From IMG/VR virus record IMGVR_UViG_3300014720_002669: a stretch of 64,000 nt of DNA; one strand, 5' to 3'. Shown in pieces: positions 19,590 through 29,971 of the stretch (positions are counted from its first letter, which is position 1; the number at the start of each line of letters is the position of its first letter). Source of the stretch: a virus. The notes under the pieces are model-generated. The model worked only from the letters and a program-made list of their open reading frames with translations, did no database searches and was not told the origin of the DNA. Position numbers and translations under genes: made by a program.

Positions 19590-20186
19590 ATGGCACACGT
19601 TTATATCATCACAAACAAAATAAACAATAAACAATACGTCGGAGTGACCAATAACTCACTTCAAGAAAGATGGAAAAGTCATCTGTATGACAATAAGATC
19701 ATTAGCAAGGCTATCAAAAAATATGGCAAAGAAAACTTTTCCATAGAAGCAATACATGAATGTGATACAATGGATGAAGCGTACATTCTTGAACCAAAAT
19801 TTATTATTGAACATAATACCAAATACCCAAATGGATACAATGTATCGTCGGGAGGCAAAGGATCGCAAGTTGGTAAACGCAAGCCCACTCCAGATCATGT
19901 CAAGCAAAAAATAAGTGAATCAATCAAGAAAAATCATTACTGGAACAACTTGTCTGAAGAACAAAAAGAAAAATGCAGAGAAAGTTGGCGGGCAAACAAT
20001 CAGTCTCGTATAGGGCAAAAAAGAAGTTCATATAACAATGGATTATTCAAAAAAACTGTTTGGATCAACAACGGCGAACAGAGAAAACGAGTTCCAGAAT
20101 CTGATATAAATGACTGGATATCAAATGGGTGGATACGCGGGCACATGAACGGTGTAGTCAACATGAAATTTGGACATAAGAAATGA
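19590..20186 (+). CDS. Free-standing GIY-YIG homing endonuclease (Seg-like)
   Basis: HVYIITNKINNKQYVG..ERWKSH..E..GYN, NUMOD3-like segment, WINNG; AT-rich. Confidence 0.88.
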   Translation: MAHVYIITNKINNKQYVGVTNNSLQERWKSHLYDNKIISKAIKKYGKENFSIEAIHECDTMDEAYILEPKFIIEHNTKYPNGYNVSSGGKGSQVGKRKPTPDHVKQKISESIKKNHYWNNLSEEQKEKCRESWRANNQSRIGQKRSSYNNGLFKKTVWINNGEQRKRVPESDINDWISNGWIRGHMNGVVNMKFGHKK

Positions 20187-20611
20187 GAAATCTCATCAAC
20201 CTAATCGAAGCCAAACAACGTGGTTGTCCCTTGGCCACACATGACATAGATGAAAACTTAAAGAATCGTCAACGAGCCATTGACGACTATCACTATGGTC
20301 CTGCCAATCCTGACCGTGCTGAAGACTACTGGGCCAAGAGTGCCCGGGGATTCAAAGTCAGTGTGGCCACTGCTCGAACCATGCAGTGTGGCAACTGTGC
20401 GGCCTTTGACGTCAGCGACAGCATGCGAGAATGTATCGCTCAGGGCATACGCGGTGATGAAACTGCGGTGGATGCCAATGCCAGTATCAACGGGGCTGAC
20501 CTGGGCTACTGCAACTTCTTGCACTTCAAGTGTGCTGGCACACGTAGTTGCCGTGCTTGGATCACTGGTGGTCCCATCACTGAAAAAGACAAACACAAGA
20601 GTGCAGATTGA
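20183..20611 (+). CDS. Cys-rich hypothetical protein
   Basis: CGNC, GYC, CAG..SC..W; MRNLINLIE N-terminus. Confidence 0.7.
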   Translation: MRNLINLIEAKQRGCPLATHDIDENLKNRQRAIDDYHYGPANPDRAEDYWAKSARGFKVSVATARTMQCGNCAAFDVSDSMRECIAQGIRGDETAVDANASINGADLGYCNFLHFKCAGTRSCRAWITGGPITEKDKHKSAD

Positions 20612-20620
20612 GACCTTGCA

Positions 20621-21199
20621 GTGAGACACCACGAAATCACTCAAGAAGCATCGCCCAACACCTGGGCAGGCAGTTTTACTCCTGACCTGGTGGCCAGCAA
20701 GACCTGGTTGACCACACAGTTGAAAAAACAACTGGCCGGTGCGTCAGCTGGCGACGTCTATGTGCTGGGCAGTTGGTGGGGCAACACAGGAGTGTTTATC
20801 CAGCAGGCCGGCATTGAGTTTGATCGACTGATCATGGTAGAACGGCGCAGATACTTGTTGGCCAGCACCAAGATGCTGTTGAACGACCTGTGGCAACAAG
20901 GACGCTTGGTATTGTGGCATCAGGATGCTGCCAACATCCAGTATCCCACCAATCGAACCATCACAGTGATCAACACCAGCAGCAATGAAATGCCCAGAAC
21001 TTGGATCACTCGAGTGCCCCGGGGCACACTCACAGTGATACAGTCAAGGGACAATGTCAAGGATGTCAAGGTCATCACTGACACAGCAGCACAGTTTTAT
21101 GCCAAGTTTCCCTTGAAAACCACAGTGTACTGGGGCGAACGCCGACTGCGAGATCCAGAAACACGCTACCGACGCTGGATGAAGATTGGCTATAAATAA
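20621..21199 (+). CDS. Putative class I SAM methyltransferase-like protein
   Basis: SKTW, VLGSWWG, acidic beta2, QDA, VINTS, RWMKIG; GTG start. Confidence 0.55.
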   Translation: MRHHEITQEASPNTWAGSFTPDLVASKTWLTTQLKKQLAGASAGDVYVLGSWWGNTGVFIQQAGIEFDRLIMVERRRYLLASTKMLLNDLWQQGRLVLWHQDAANIQYPTNRTITVINTSSNEMPRTWITRVPRGTLTVIQSRDNVKDVKVITDTAAQFYAKFPLKTTVYWGERRLRDPETRYRRWMKIGYK

Positions 21200-21205
21200 A
21201 CAACT

Positions 21206-21559
21206 ATGACGTACAAAGAAATTCTTGAAGCCTGCTGGACTGGTTATCGCCAAGCAGGCATGAAAAACAAAGGCGGGCGCCAGGTGCCCAATTGCGTGCC
21301 TGTGCGCGAAGCCGAAATAGAAGAAAATCTTCGTGACTGGTTCAAACAAAAGTGGGTGCGTTTTGGTCCTGATGGAAAAATCCGTGGCGACTGTGCTAGA
21401 GGAAGTGAAAAGGAAGGCAAGCCCAAGTGTTTGCCCCAGGCCCGGGCGCACGCACTGGGTCGAAAAGGTCGTGCCAGTGCAGCGGCTAGAAAACGGCGTG
21501 AAGATCCCAACCCCAACCGTACAGGAAAGGCCATCAACGTGGCAACTAAAAAGAAATGA
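21206..21559 (+). CDS. Small modular basic protein
   Basis: MTYKEILE + CWTGY..VPNCVP module + IEE-NLRDWF module; exact TATAAATA at 21191. Confidence 0.7.
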   Translation: MTYKEILEACWTGYRQAGMKNKGGRQVPNCVPVREAEIEENLRDWFKQKWVRFGPDGKIRGDCARGSEKEGKPKCLPQARAHALGRKGRASAAARKRREDPNPNRTGKAINVATKKK

Positions 21560-22707
21560 TCATAAGCGAACTATTTGAAGAGCCACAACAGTGCCCCGAA
21601 TGCGGTGGCATCAGTTTCTCAGACTTGATCCTGGCTGAAAAGAAAGACGCCTGCTACCACAAGGTCAAGGCATCAGCCAAGGTATGGCCGTCGGCCTATG
21701 CATCCGGACGCTTGGTACAGTGTCGCAAAAAAGGTGCCGCCAACTATGGCAACAAATCAGAAGGTGTATCAGAAGCACCACTACCTGGACAACGTCGAGG
21801 CCCATTAGATTTGCAACCACTGGAAGGTGGTGGTGTTGGTGGCGGTGGTGGTTTCGGTGGCCCAACTCGAAGTGGTCCTTCACAATTTTTTGGTCCCAAA
21901 CCCGGGTCACGTGAAGCATCTGTTGCTCAGCCCAATCCCAACACTATGACGGTGAAACAAAGTCCAAACCCTGACTATCGCTCCCCATCTCAACAATCTC
22001 AAACCACAGGTGATAAACCAAAAATCAAAGTCAATCCTGGTGAAACCGTACCTCAGGCCATAGAACGCACAAAAACCCAACAAGAATTTGGCAAGTTCCT
22101 ACAAGGGCAAAGTGGTCAAACATTTGGCGCCGGCGCTGGCCGTGGCTCAATAAATCCAGCGCCAACAAACACCATGAACAACACACCGGTCAGTGTTAGA
22201 AATAAGCCATCTGCTATGAATTCCATGGCCAGAGACTTGACCAAGACCCCCACGTCAACTAGACAAAACACTCAGACTGAGCCAGTCAAACAATCTGAAC
22301 CAGTCAAACAACCTGATCCGTTTGACTTGCCACTTGACGTTGGTGCAGCACGTCCAGGTTTTGACGGTAGAATGGGCTCAACACCAATGCCAAACAGAGC
22401 AGACAAACAGTCATCCATGCTTGGAAAAGCAGGCAAAACACTGGGATATGGAGCAGCCGCTTATGGTGCTGCTGACTTAGGTTCACGTGCCCTGGACTAC
22501 TATGATCAAAATTATTCTGAGGTTCCTTATGTTCCTCAGATCAAGGAAGCCAAAAAACAACCACCCGAAGTGGAATATGATGACGAATATGATGCCATGG
22601 TGGCCAGAGTTAAAAAGTTGGCCGGACTGGGTCCGCTTAAAACTGTGTACGATCCCAAACGACGTCAGTATCGCAACCAGCCCACAGTCCAACAGCCTAA
22701 AAAATGA
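21556..22707 (+). CDS. Modular low-complexity protein
   Basis: MIISELFEE, CPECG, LAE-KKDACYHKVK module, GVSE, G/P/Q-rich region, IKE. Confidence 0.65.
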   Translation: MIISELFEEPQQCPECGGISFSDLILAEKKDACYHKVKASAKVWPSAYASGRLVQCRKKGAANYGNKSEGVSEAPLPGQRRGPLDLQPLEGGGVGGGGGFGGPTRSGPSQFFGPKPGSREASVAQPNPNTMTVKQSPNPDYRSPSQQSQTTGDKPKIKVNPGETVPQAIERTKTQQEFGKFLQGQSGQTFGAGAGRGSINPAPTNTMNNTPVSVRNKPSAMNSMARDLTKTPTSTRQNTQTEPVKQSEPVKQPDPFDLPLDVGAARPGFDGRMGSTPMPNRADKQSSMLGKAGKTLGYGAAAYGAADLGSRALDYYDQNYSEVPYVPQIKEAKKQPPEVEYDDEYDAMVARVKKLAGLGPLKTVYDPKRRQYRNQPTVQQPKK

Positions 22708-23309
22708 GAGCACAGGAGTTTGTCATAGAGCGCAAAAAAAGCCGCCGAAAAAAATCCAGCCGGCACGGTGGATATTTCTTTCCAGGATATGCCTACTATA
22801 GCAGTGGTGGCGATTCCAGTGAAGGCGGTGGAGACGGCGGCGGCGAATCACGTTCAGGCACACCGGAAGGCAAACGTATTGCAAGAAAGCCTGGGCAACC
22901 AGCAGCATCAAAAAAACATTCAGATCTTTACACAGATGAGAATCCTCGTGGCACCATCACCGGTTTGAAATTTGCCACGGTGGAAGATGCTCGAGCCAGT
23001 GTAAGTAAAATACGAAACAGTGGCCGCAGTCATGCACACAAGATACAGGCAGCTGTGGCCATGGAACAACGAGCCCGTGCAGCCGGCAAAAGTGATGCAG
23101 CAGCAGTGTATAGGCGATTCATTGACGCCAACAAAAAAACTGAAGAACAGCAATTAGACGAACTCAGCTTCCTAGGATCCCAATGCACCAAAGACTGCTC
23201 AGGTCACAGAGCCGGATACGAGTGGTCAAAACGCAAAGGACTACGTCAGGCCAACTCATGGTCACCCAGTTTCAACAAAGGCGCTGGCCTGGCAGTGGCA
23301 GGAAAATAA
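22704..23309 (+). CDS. Modular basic protein
   Basis: MRAQEFVIE; HSDLYTDENP module; LDE-LSFLGSQCTKDCSGH module. Confidence 0.65.
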   Translation: MRAQEFVIERKKSRRKKSSRHGGYFFPGYAYYSSGGDSSEGGGDGGGESRSGTPEGKRIARKPGQPAASKKHSDLYTDENPRGTITGLKFATVEDARASVSKIRNSGRSHAHKIQAAVAMEQRARAAGKSDAAAVYRRFIDANKKTEEQQLDELSFLGSQCTKDCSGHRAGYEWSKRKGLRQANSWSPSFNKGAGLAVAGK

Positions 23310-23342
23310 CACCCCAACTGTGAATCACAAATACATAAGTGC

Positions 23343-24185
23343 ATGATTGATATTGTCACTGTTGTTTTTGAACAAGAAATTTCCATATTACGAGCACAGG
23401 CACAAAGCATTGCTTTAAATTGCCAACGCATTGGTATCCGCAACATCTACGTGGTGTTGAATGACACAGAAACCATTGCCGGTCAAATTGATCCTGCTTG
23501 GTGGGGACCACTGGCCAGCAATGTGCTGATAATTCCACGCACAGCATTCTCCACACCGTTTGTGACCGATGGATGGGTCAGTCAGCAAGTACTCAAACTG
23601 CTCACCGCATCAATGAGCTACAACACTTACTCAATGATTTTGGATGCCAAAACCTTGTTTGTGCGTGAACTGGATCCTGCCACTGTGGTGGACGAAACAG
23701 GTCGAATCCTCACAGGTAGATGTCCCATATACCCTGTGTTCGAGCCCAGCAAAAAAATAGTAGAACAGTTGTTTGAAATTGAACTCACTGAACAACTGGG
23801 CCCTGGTGGTGTGCCATTCATTGTACACAACGACACCGTGAGAATGATGATAGCTGAAGTTACCTTGCGCACACGCACATCATTTCCCACATGGTTCCAA
23901 CAACAAGGCATGGTCACTGAATTTATATTGTATTCAGGCTTTGTAAAATTCTTGTGCGGCAATTTGGAAGTCATGTACGACAGGCAAAACAAACTGGGCA
24001 GCATAGTAAATGTCAGTCATGATGAAACTGTGCATTGGCTGACGAAAATAAATCAAATGAACAATCGAAACACTCTGACTGTGAGTGTGCATAGAGGCGC
24101 CTGGCTCCGACTAACTGCACAACAACGTCAAGAATATCGAGACTTGTTGCTACAACGTGGCATAGAGGCAGCACAAGATCTATGA
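23343..24185 (+). CDS. Glycosyltransferase-like hypothetical (DUF6492-like)
   Basis: GWVSQQVLKL, ILDAK, TEFILY. Confidence 0.55.
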   Translation: MIDIVTVVFEQEISILRAQAQSIALNCQRIGIRNIYVVLNDTETIAGQIDPAWWGPLASNVLIIPRTAFSTPFVTDGWVSQQVLKLLTASMSYNTYSMILDAKTLFVRELDPATVVDETGRILTGRCPIYPVFEPSKKIVEQLFEIELTEQLGPGGVPFIVHNDTVRMMIAEVTLRTRTSFPTWFQQQGMVTEFILYSGFVKFLCGNLEVMYDRQNKLGSIVNVSHDETVHWLTKINQMNNRNTLTVSVHRGAWLRLTAQQRQEYRDLLLQRGIEAAQDL

Positions 24186-24694
24186 AGGCGTTGTGTCTTG
24201 TGGCTCATCCCGATGACTGTGTGATATTTGCCTACAGCTATATCTACAATCATCCTGAGCATGACTGGACCATTGGCTATTTGACCTACACCGCTCAAGA
24301 TCCGCGTGGTGCAGAAATGGCAGAATTTTGGCAACGCCGAGGCATTGGCACAGTGTTCCTGGGCTTTGAAGACCACTGGCATGACAATGAACAGAAACAA
24401 TTTACTCGTTGGACAGAAGAACGTGCAGAACGAGCCTGTTGGGCACTAGCAAAAGATTTTGACTTGGTATTGACTCATGACGAATCAGGTGACTATGGAC
24501 ACATACATCATGTGTTGGTATACAATTCTGTGCAATGGCACCCGCGTCTGGTGACATTTGCTCGCCCCGGCGAAGGCACGACATACACAGTGCCCAACAG
24601 TGCATACAGTCTGGATGAGGTGCCACGGCACGCCAACATCATTGCTGGATTTCACATCAATCAACATCAAAACAGTTACAAGGAACCCCAATGA
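24182..24694 (+). CDS. PIG-L/LmbE-family deacetylase
   Basis: VAHPDD and THD..GDYGHIHH motifs. Confidence 0.8.
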   Translation: MKALCLVAHPDDCVIFAYSYIYNHPEHDWTIGYLTYTAQDPRGAEMAEFWQRRGIGTVFLGFEDHWHDNEQKQFTRWTEERAERACWALAKDFDLVLTHDESGDYGHIHHVLVYNSVQWHPRLVTFARPGEGTTYTVPNSAYSLDEVPRHANIIAGFHINQHQNSYKEPQ

Positions 24695-25497
24695 AATTAA
24701 TGGTAGCAGGTTGTAGTTTTAGTGCTGTAAGCAAGTCATTGCCTGGCACTGCTTGGAGTGAAGTGTTGGCCAAGAAACTGGGTTGGGATTTGGTCAATCT
24801 AGCACGTCAGGGCTGCTCCAATGGTGGCATACGCATACAGATAGATGAGATACGTCGCCAGCGTGCAGACTTTGCTGTGATCACTCCCACATTCTGGGAC
24901 CGAATGGAAATACCTGCCAACTCAGTGCCCTACGACTGGAATCAAAAACCCAGTTCAGGAGTGAATCCCCCACTGGAACAGCATTTGCAAAATCGTGCCC
25001 TGGGCAATGGCTACCGCAGAGAAGATGGCATACGCAATGTCAACTACGGCACAGAACCATCAAACATGATTTGCGAAACTATCTTTACTTTGGCTGAAAA
25101 CTTTGATCATCCTTACAGAATGGCTCGTATTACAAAGCAAGCACAAACAGGTGTGCGCCATTGGATTGACAGTATCTACGACAATGCTTGGAAAAAACAA
25201 TGTGACGAATGGATTATGCGTGATGGCATCACAATGATGTACTTGGACGGTATCCGATTTATTGTGTGTCCCAACCTGCTGTGGCCATTTGATCCTGCAA
25301 ATTCTTCACAGTGGCGTGAGGCATTTCCCAGCATTGTGCCTGACCATTACATCAATTTGGATCCTGCTCGATCCCCACAGGCCATCTGCGGCAACAATCC
25401 CTTTAAGGGCGAAGATCCTGGTTATCATTCAAGTCCAGCGGGACAAGAAATAATTGCTGAACACTTTTATCAAACTTGGTTGGATCACTTCAAGTGA
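24691..25497 (+). CDS. SGNH/GDSL-like hydrolase
   Basis: AGCSFS, NLARQGCSN, C-terminal GYHSS..GQ. Confidence 0.6.
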   Translation: MKLMVAGCSFSAVSKSLPGTAWSEVLAKKLGWDLVNLARQGCSNGGIRIQIDEIRRQRADFAVITPTFWDRMEIPANSVPYDWNQKPSSGVNPPLEQHLQNRALGNGYRREDGIRNVNYGTEPSNMICETIFTLAENFDHPYRMARITKQAQTGVRHWIDSIYDNAWKKQCDEWIMRDGITMMYLDGIRFIVCPNLLWPFDPANSSQWREAFPSIVPDHYINLDPARSPQAICGNNPFKGEDPGYHSSPAGQEIIAEHFYQTWLDHFK

Positions 25498-26546
25498 TCT
25501 ACCACAAACTGTTGTAGTTCTTTTGTTTTTTCTTGTTCAAACTTGTACAGCCTATTGTGATTGTGATCTAACTTGGGTCGGAGTTTTGGCAACAGTGCAG
25601 GCAAGTCTTGCGTACACAGATACTGCACTTGTTCAAACGCCCGGCTCCAACGAACTACGTCATCCGGCTCGGCATCGTATGATTCATCAATGACATCACC
25701 AAATGTTTCAAACCCCCAATCACGATACTGCTGTAAAAAATCTTGTATGGCAAACACCACAAACAGTCTGCGAGCTTGAAAACACTTGGCAGTTTTTTCA
25801 GCAGAAAGAAACACACGATCCTTGCCCAAAGTTTCACACACCACACTGAACCAAGTGCGATTGTATATTTCCCAAGGCACTAGACCGCTGACACTATTGT
25901 CCATGTCTTTTTTAACTTCCCATGCTGAGTCCAAGTTTGGGCTCACATAAGGATACTGTAATGCAGTATTATCAAACAGCCTAGCTACACGTTCGGGTGT
26001 TGAATCAATCCAATGCCCCACAAACAAGTCTCTGTAGGTCACAATGCTCTGTTCCAGCAAGCCTGATTGTTGTAGGCCCAGCATCACAAAGTCTCTGTGC
26101 TCTCGTCGAGCGCCTAGTAAGCATTCAAATGCATAAGCACGTTCGGCAGGAAAATCTTCTCTTGGTTGATTCCACCGCAAGAAGTTGAAACTCCAAGCTG
26201 GTCTGTAAATCACTCTTGGGTGGGGTGGTTCATCCAACCACACACCGGCTGTGTGCAACAGCCAGTTTTCTATGCCTGTGGTCCCAATCCATTCCACAAG
26301 TTCTTTTTTGCTGTGCCACTCAATGTCAGTGAACAACACAAGATCAAATTTGTGCAGCGGCAATTGCATGTATTCTGTGTTGTATTCGTGTTTGTTGGAC
26401 AGACTGTAAAACACCGGCATCACTGCAATGCGATGTGGTTGTGATAATGCAGTGTCTAAGTCTACTATTTGATCGTAGCCAAAGCCCCACTCTGTGGCCT
26501 GGTAGCCCGGGGAGAATACTTTAAGTGAGGCGTGCAAGAGTTTCAC
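25485..26546 (-). CDS. Putative glycosyltransferase-like protein
   Basis: G..R.HR, VVCET, AEKTAK, GFETF..IDESYD; paralog at 58769. Confidence 0.55.
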   Translation of the reverse strand: MKLLHASLKVFSPGYQATEWGFGYDQIVDLDTALSQPHRIAVMPVFYSLSNKHEYNTEYMQLPLHKFDLVLFTDIEWHSKKELVEWIGTTGIENWLLHTAGVWLDEPPHPRVIYRPAWSFNFLRWNQPREDFPAERAYAFECLLGARREHRDFVMLGLQQSGLLEQSIVTYRDLFVGHWIDSTPERVARLFDNTALQYPYVSPNLDSAWEVKKDMDNSVSGLVPWEIYNRTWFSVVCETLGKDRVFLSAEKTAKCFQARRLFVVFAIQDFLQQYRDWGFETFGDVIDESYDAEPDDVVRWSRAFEQVQYLCTQDLPALLPKLRPKLDHNHNRLYKFEQEKTKELQQFVVDHLK

Positions 26547-27405
26547 GTATCTTGTCCATGTAATAATCGAACTTCACAACTTCTTTCCGTTCCCAGTCCA
26601 TTTGCAAACTGCGACTCAAGTCAGGCACAGCATCACACACAGCAGTGTGATATGAAGGATCAAAGTCACCAATCTTTTCCATGTCATCATAATGATATCG
26701 GCGTTGGAACTCTTGGGTGATGGGCCTGCGGCTCATGGTCCAGTTGCCAATGAATTCGTATTCTGAGAACCAGCGTATGAGTTCACCGTTGCCCCAGGGA
26801 GGTACAGTGGGTTCAGGCGGACATGAGTCAATCATGGCATCCAGCCATTTCTTCTGATGTTTTTCTTCCAGGAACTTTACTAAATCGTTAAAGTCTTGTT
26901 TGAGTACAGGCACGTTTTCACTAATAAAGCAGTGCGGGGTAAGTCTGTCAAAGCCCAGGCCGTTCTTGATGCTTTCGTAGTAGCCCCAACTGTGACGTTC
27001 ATTCTCCAGCACTTGAAAATTCAACACCCCGTCCTTGATAGGTTCGTAGGGTCGGATCAGCAGACAATCACAGTCGTGCATGATCATCAAGTCATAGTTG
27101 AGATAATCAAGAAACGCAAATTTGATGGCTTGTTGACGCAGCCAGTAGGTTCGGTAGTCGCCTTCAAACACCCAGTTGTTGACTTCAGGATAGATTCTGT
27201 AGATCTCTGAATCAGGAGCATAGTCTAATTTGGCGGTGTCAATGCCGTACTTTTCAAACACAGGCCACAGTTCTTCCTGCGGTACAGGACTGGCAATACA
27301 AGTGCGGTCTATGCCAATGAGATTGTTGGCAAATTCAGGTTGCAGGCTCATGATAGCATGCGGCACACGATATCGTGCTAGGTATAAAATTCTTGCTGAG
27401 GTCAT
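26521..27405 (-). CDS. Glycosyltransferase-like hypothetical (paralog of 23343)
   Basis: WLRQQAIK, HDCD, FSEYE; AAGGA SD before ATG 27405. Confidence 0.55.
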   Translation of the reverse strand: MTSARILYLARYRVPHAIMSLQPEFANNLIGIDRTCIASPVPQEELWPVFEKYGIDTAKLDYAPDSEIYRIYPEVNNWVFEGDYRTYWLRQQAIKFAFLDYLNYDLMIMHDCDCLLIRPYEPIKDGVLNFQVLENERHSWGYYESIKNGLGFDRLTPHCFISENVPVLKQDFNDLVKFLEEKHQKKWLDAMIDSCPPEPTVPPWGNGELIRWFSEYEFIGNWTMSRRPITQEFQRRYHYDDMEKIGDFDPSYHTAVCDAVPDLSRSLQMDWERKEVVKFDYYMDKIRETLARLT

Positions 27406-27412
27406 ATTTTCC

Positions 27413-28402
27413 TTAGGTGATTGAGCAACTGTTGACACATTGATACAGCCTACCATCGGCAATACTGCTTTTAGCCCAGGTTTGTTCCACACGTTCAAAC
27501 CAGTCAAGACAATGCGCCAAATCATATTTAAGTGCGTTGTTTTCCTCAACCAATTCTTTTGTTTGACTGTTGCCGGCATGATACATGGTTTCAGGGTAGA
27601 ATCCCAGATAGCAACAAGGATACACTGACCCGTCTGCGGCTATGTATATTTCTTGTTTGATCTTGTGTTGACAACGTAAATTTAACTTTGCTGTATCCTT
27701 GTGACTTTGCACAGTGCGCGGATCAAACCATGTGACATGACTTTGTATTAAATCTTTAATGTGCGGCACATGATTGCTGGAGTCTGTGCCAATCCTGTGA
27801 CTGTATTCTCCTGACCTAGTGAACACCGGTCCGGAGTCTCGGCCATCGTAGATGTTTTCAAACTCAACAAATCCCAGGTCTTGGGCCAGTTGTCGGCATT
27901 CGGCTTCTTGATGTCGGTTGTGATCAAATGGTACGAAACGCCATTTGGCCCGACCGCCCGCAGCGATCAAAGCCTGTGCATTGGCTATGACTTTGTTCCA
28001 GTCTGTATCTTGACGGTACAGGGCATGAGTATCTGCCAGACCGTCCAGCGCAAATCCCACAGTGACCCGGGGCAACGCCAAACGCCGCCACCAATCTGTG
28101 TTGCGCAAACTGCCGTTGGTGTTGATGTTTACTGTGACACCATGTTCCGCAAGATACTCAACTATTTCCACAGCGTCTCGAGCCGACGCAAAGTCTCCCA
28201 GGTTGCCATTGAAGTTGACGTGTGTTAGCTGTGATATCACAGGTGCCAAAATGTGCCGGAACTGTGCAAGACTCAGTTCCACATCAGGATAACCTGAATT
28301 GTAATCCAAGCCTCGATAGTTGCGCATACACATGGGACAACGGGCATTGCACCGGGTAGTGAGTTCCACATGCACCTGGCGTATTTGGTCTAATTTTAGC
28401 AT
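27413..28402 (-). CDS. Radical SAM protein with SPASM/twitch domain
   Basis: CNARCPMC; GD; TNGS; DGSVYPCC; TATAAATA upstream on the minus strand. Confidence 0.88.
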   Translation of the reverse strand: MLKLDQIRQVHVELTTRCNARCPMCMRNYRGLDYNSGYPDVELSLAQFRHILAPVISQLTHVNFNGNLGDFASARDAVEIVEYLAEHGVTVNINTNGSLRNTDWWRRLALPRVTVGFALDGLADTHALYRQDTDWNKVIANAQALIAAGGRAKWRFVPFDHNRHQEAECRQLAQDLGFVEFENIYDGRDSGPVFTRSGEYSHRIGTDSSNHVPHIKDLIQSHVTWFDPRTVQSHKDTAKLNLRCQHKIKQEIYIAADGSVYPCCYLGFYPETMYHAGNSQTKELVEENNALKYDLAHCLDWFERVEQTWAKSSIADGRLYQCVNSCSIT

Positions 28403-28439
28403 GGGATATTTATATACACAGTTTTGACTAAATATATCT

Positions 28440-28742
28440 ATGCAAACTCAATACGTGCGAGTAGTATGTGACATAAGTGGCAGGTGTTCTCAACCTGCAC
28501 GATATCGCGTGTATGTCAATGAAGAATTGTTCAGTGAGCGCACCTGGATCTGGAAAGACATTTATCTTGAAGAGTCTTTGCAAATACAAGCACCGTTTGG
28601 CGCTTACTTGTTGCGGTTTGAAAATGTAGATCCTGACTGTGGGAATTTCAAAATGCGCAATGTGCGAGTACAAGAAGGTCCTGGCAAGATCAAAACCTTT
28701 GATGGCAAAATATACATAGAGGTGCATGATGAGATGGCGTGA
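28440..28742 (+). CDS. Hypothetical protein
   Basis: [15 protein letters not shown]; CTAAATA upstream. Confidence 0.65.
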   Translation: MQTQYVRVVCDISGRCSQPARYRVYVNEELFSERTWIWKDIYLEESLQIQAPFGAYLLRFENVDPDCGNFKMRNVRVQEGPGKIKTFDGKIYIEVHDEMA

Positions 28743-28947
28743 AATTGTAGAATCAGCATCAGCAGGCGCTACTGCATCTGGCGGTATTGCTCCTGTAAGC
28801 CAGCCCATGGGCATAACGTCAAGATCTGGCAGTTCCTTACTGACAGGTAAATATACAACTGGTTTGGACCCTACGCCGAATACACCTAAAGAATACAAGA
28901 GGAACAAGCATGCTCGCGGACAATTTGAAAACTCTATTGGCAAGTAA
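28729..28947 (+). CDS. Small putative capsid-internal peptide
   Basis: [22 protein letters not shown]-terminus. Confidence 0.55.
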   Translation: MRWREIVESASAGATASGGIAPVSQPMGITSRSGSSLLTGKYTTGLDPTPNTPKEYKRNKHARGQFENSIGK

Positions 28948-29350
28948 TTTTGTCTACTACCTCAAAGCACACCAATTTCATTGGAATGTGGAAGGCTCTG
29001 ATTTTGGCCAGCTACACAAATTTTTCCAAGAAATCTACGAAGATGCCTATGGTGCGTTGGATCTGATTGCAGAATACATACGATATCTTGACGAATACGC
29101 TCCCGGCAGCCTTGAACGCTTTGCTGAACTCAGTATCATACAAGGCCAAACCAAGATACCACGTGCTCGACTCATGATTGAGGAACTGTTGGCCAACACA
29201 CAACAAATGATCGACCTGCTGAACCAGTGCTTTGCTGCTGCTGAACAAGAAAGTCAACAGGGCATTGCTGACTTTGTGAGCCAGCGGCTGAGCCAACACG
29301 GCAAGTATCAATGGCAACTGCGCAGTTATCTGAAAGATCAGCGAGCATGA
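28910..29350 (+). CDS. dps: Dps-family mini-ferritin
   Basis: KAHQFHWNVEG..LH.FF.E.Y....D.IAE.IR signature. Confidence 0.9.
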   Translation: MLADNLKTLLASNFVYYLKAHQFHWNVEGSDFGQLHKFFQEIYEDAYGALDLIAEYIRYLDEYAPGSLERFAELSIIQGQTKIPRARLMIEELLANTQQMIDLLNQCFAAAEQESQQGIADFVSQRLSQHGKYQWQLRSYLKDQRA

Positions 29351-29970
29351 ACAACGACATTAGATCAATCTTGGACCGATTGGCCACAGTGGAGGGTCGA
29401 CTGAGCCCTGCACAACAACGAGTGCCACAACTGCCTGCACTGTTCAAACCCCGACACATTCGTGCCCTGGGCGCAAAAACAGATCCTGCTCATCCCATGG
29501 ACGGATACATGGTGGGTGATAGTGTAGAACCCCGGCGGACCGCACTTGAAGAAGCCATGGCCGAGATCGAAGAAGACATGCTGAGCAAGGTCAAAAAAGA
29601 CCTAACACAATACTTGGACCGACTTGAAAAGAAGGTGCGTGTTGACCGTGACTTGAAAGACAAAGCCAAGGATGCTGTAGAACGTGGTCAAGCCGAAGAA
29701 GACCTTGATGAATTTGCCCCAGTTGGCGGAGACGACCGCGAACCCAATGAAGAAGAAAGATTGCATCCAGTGGAAACATTTGAAATGGCTGACGGTTCAT
29801 GCTTGGAATGCTATGGCGACGATGAACAAGGGTACGAACTGAGACGGAACGGAAACAGCCTGCCCAGTCGTTTCAAAACACGCAAACATGCCAAAATGGC
29901 TGTGGACTTGTTTCGCGCTCGACGAAAACAAAATCAAGACCTCGGCCAAGATTACATAGAAGAACGCTGA
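29347..29970 (+). CDS. Hypothetical modular protein
   Basis: ATGA overlap; LDE-FAP module; ends QDYIEER like the 12870 tail EDYVEE. Confidence 0.6.
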   Translation: MNNDIRSILDRLATVEGRLSPAQQRVPQLPALFKPRHIRALGAKTDPAHPMDGYMVGDSVEPRRTALEEAMAEIEEDMLSKVKKDLTQYLDRLEKKVRVDRDLKDKAKDAVERGQAEEDLDEFAPVGGDDREPNEEERLHPVETFEMADGSCLECYGDDEQGYELRRNGNSLPSRFKTRKHAKMAVDLFRARRKQNQDLGQDYIEER

Positions 29971-29971
29971 T

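Noticed and set aside
22278-22316. Short direct repeat EPVKQS/EPVKQP and nearby GGT runs
   Set aside because: Ordinary low-complexity linker
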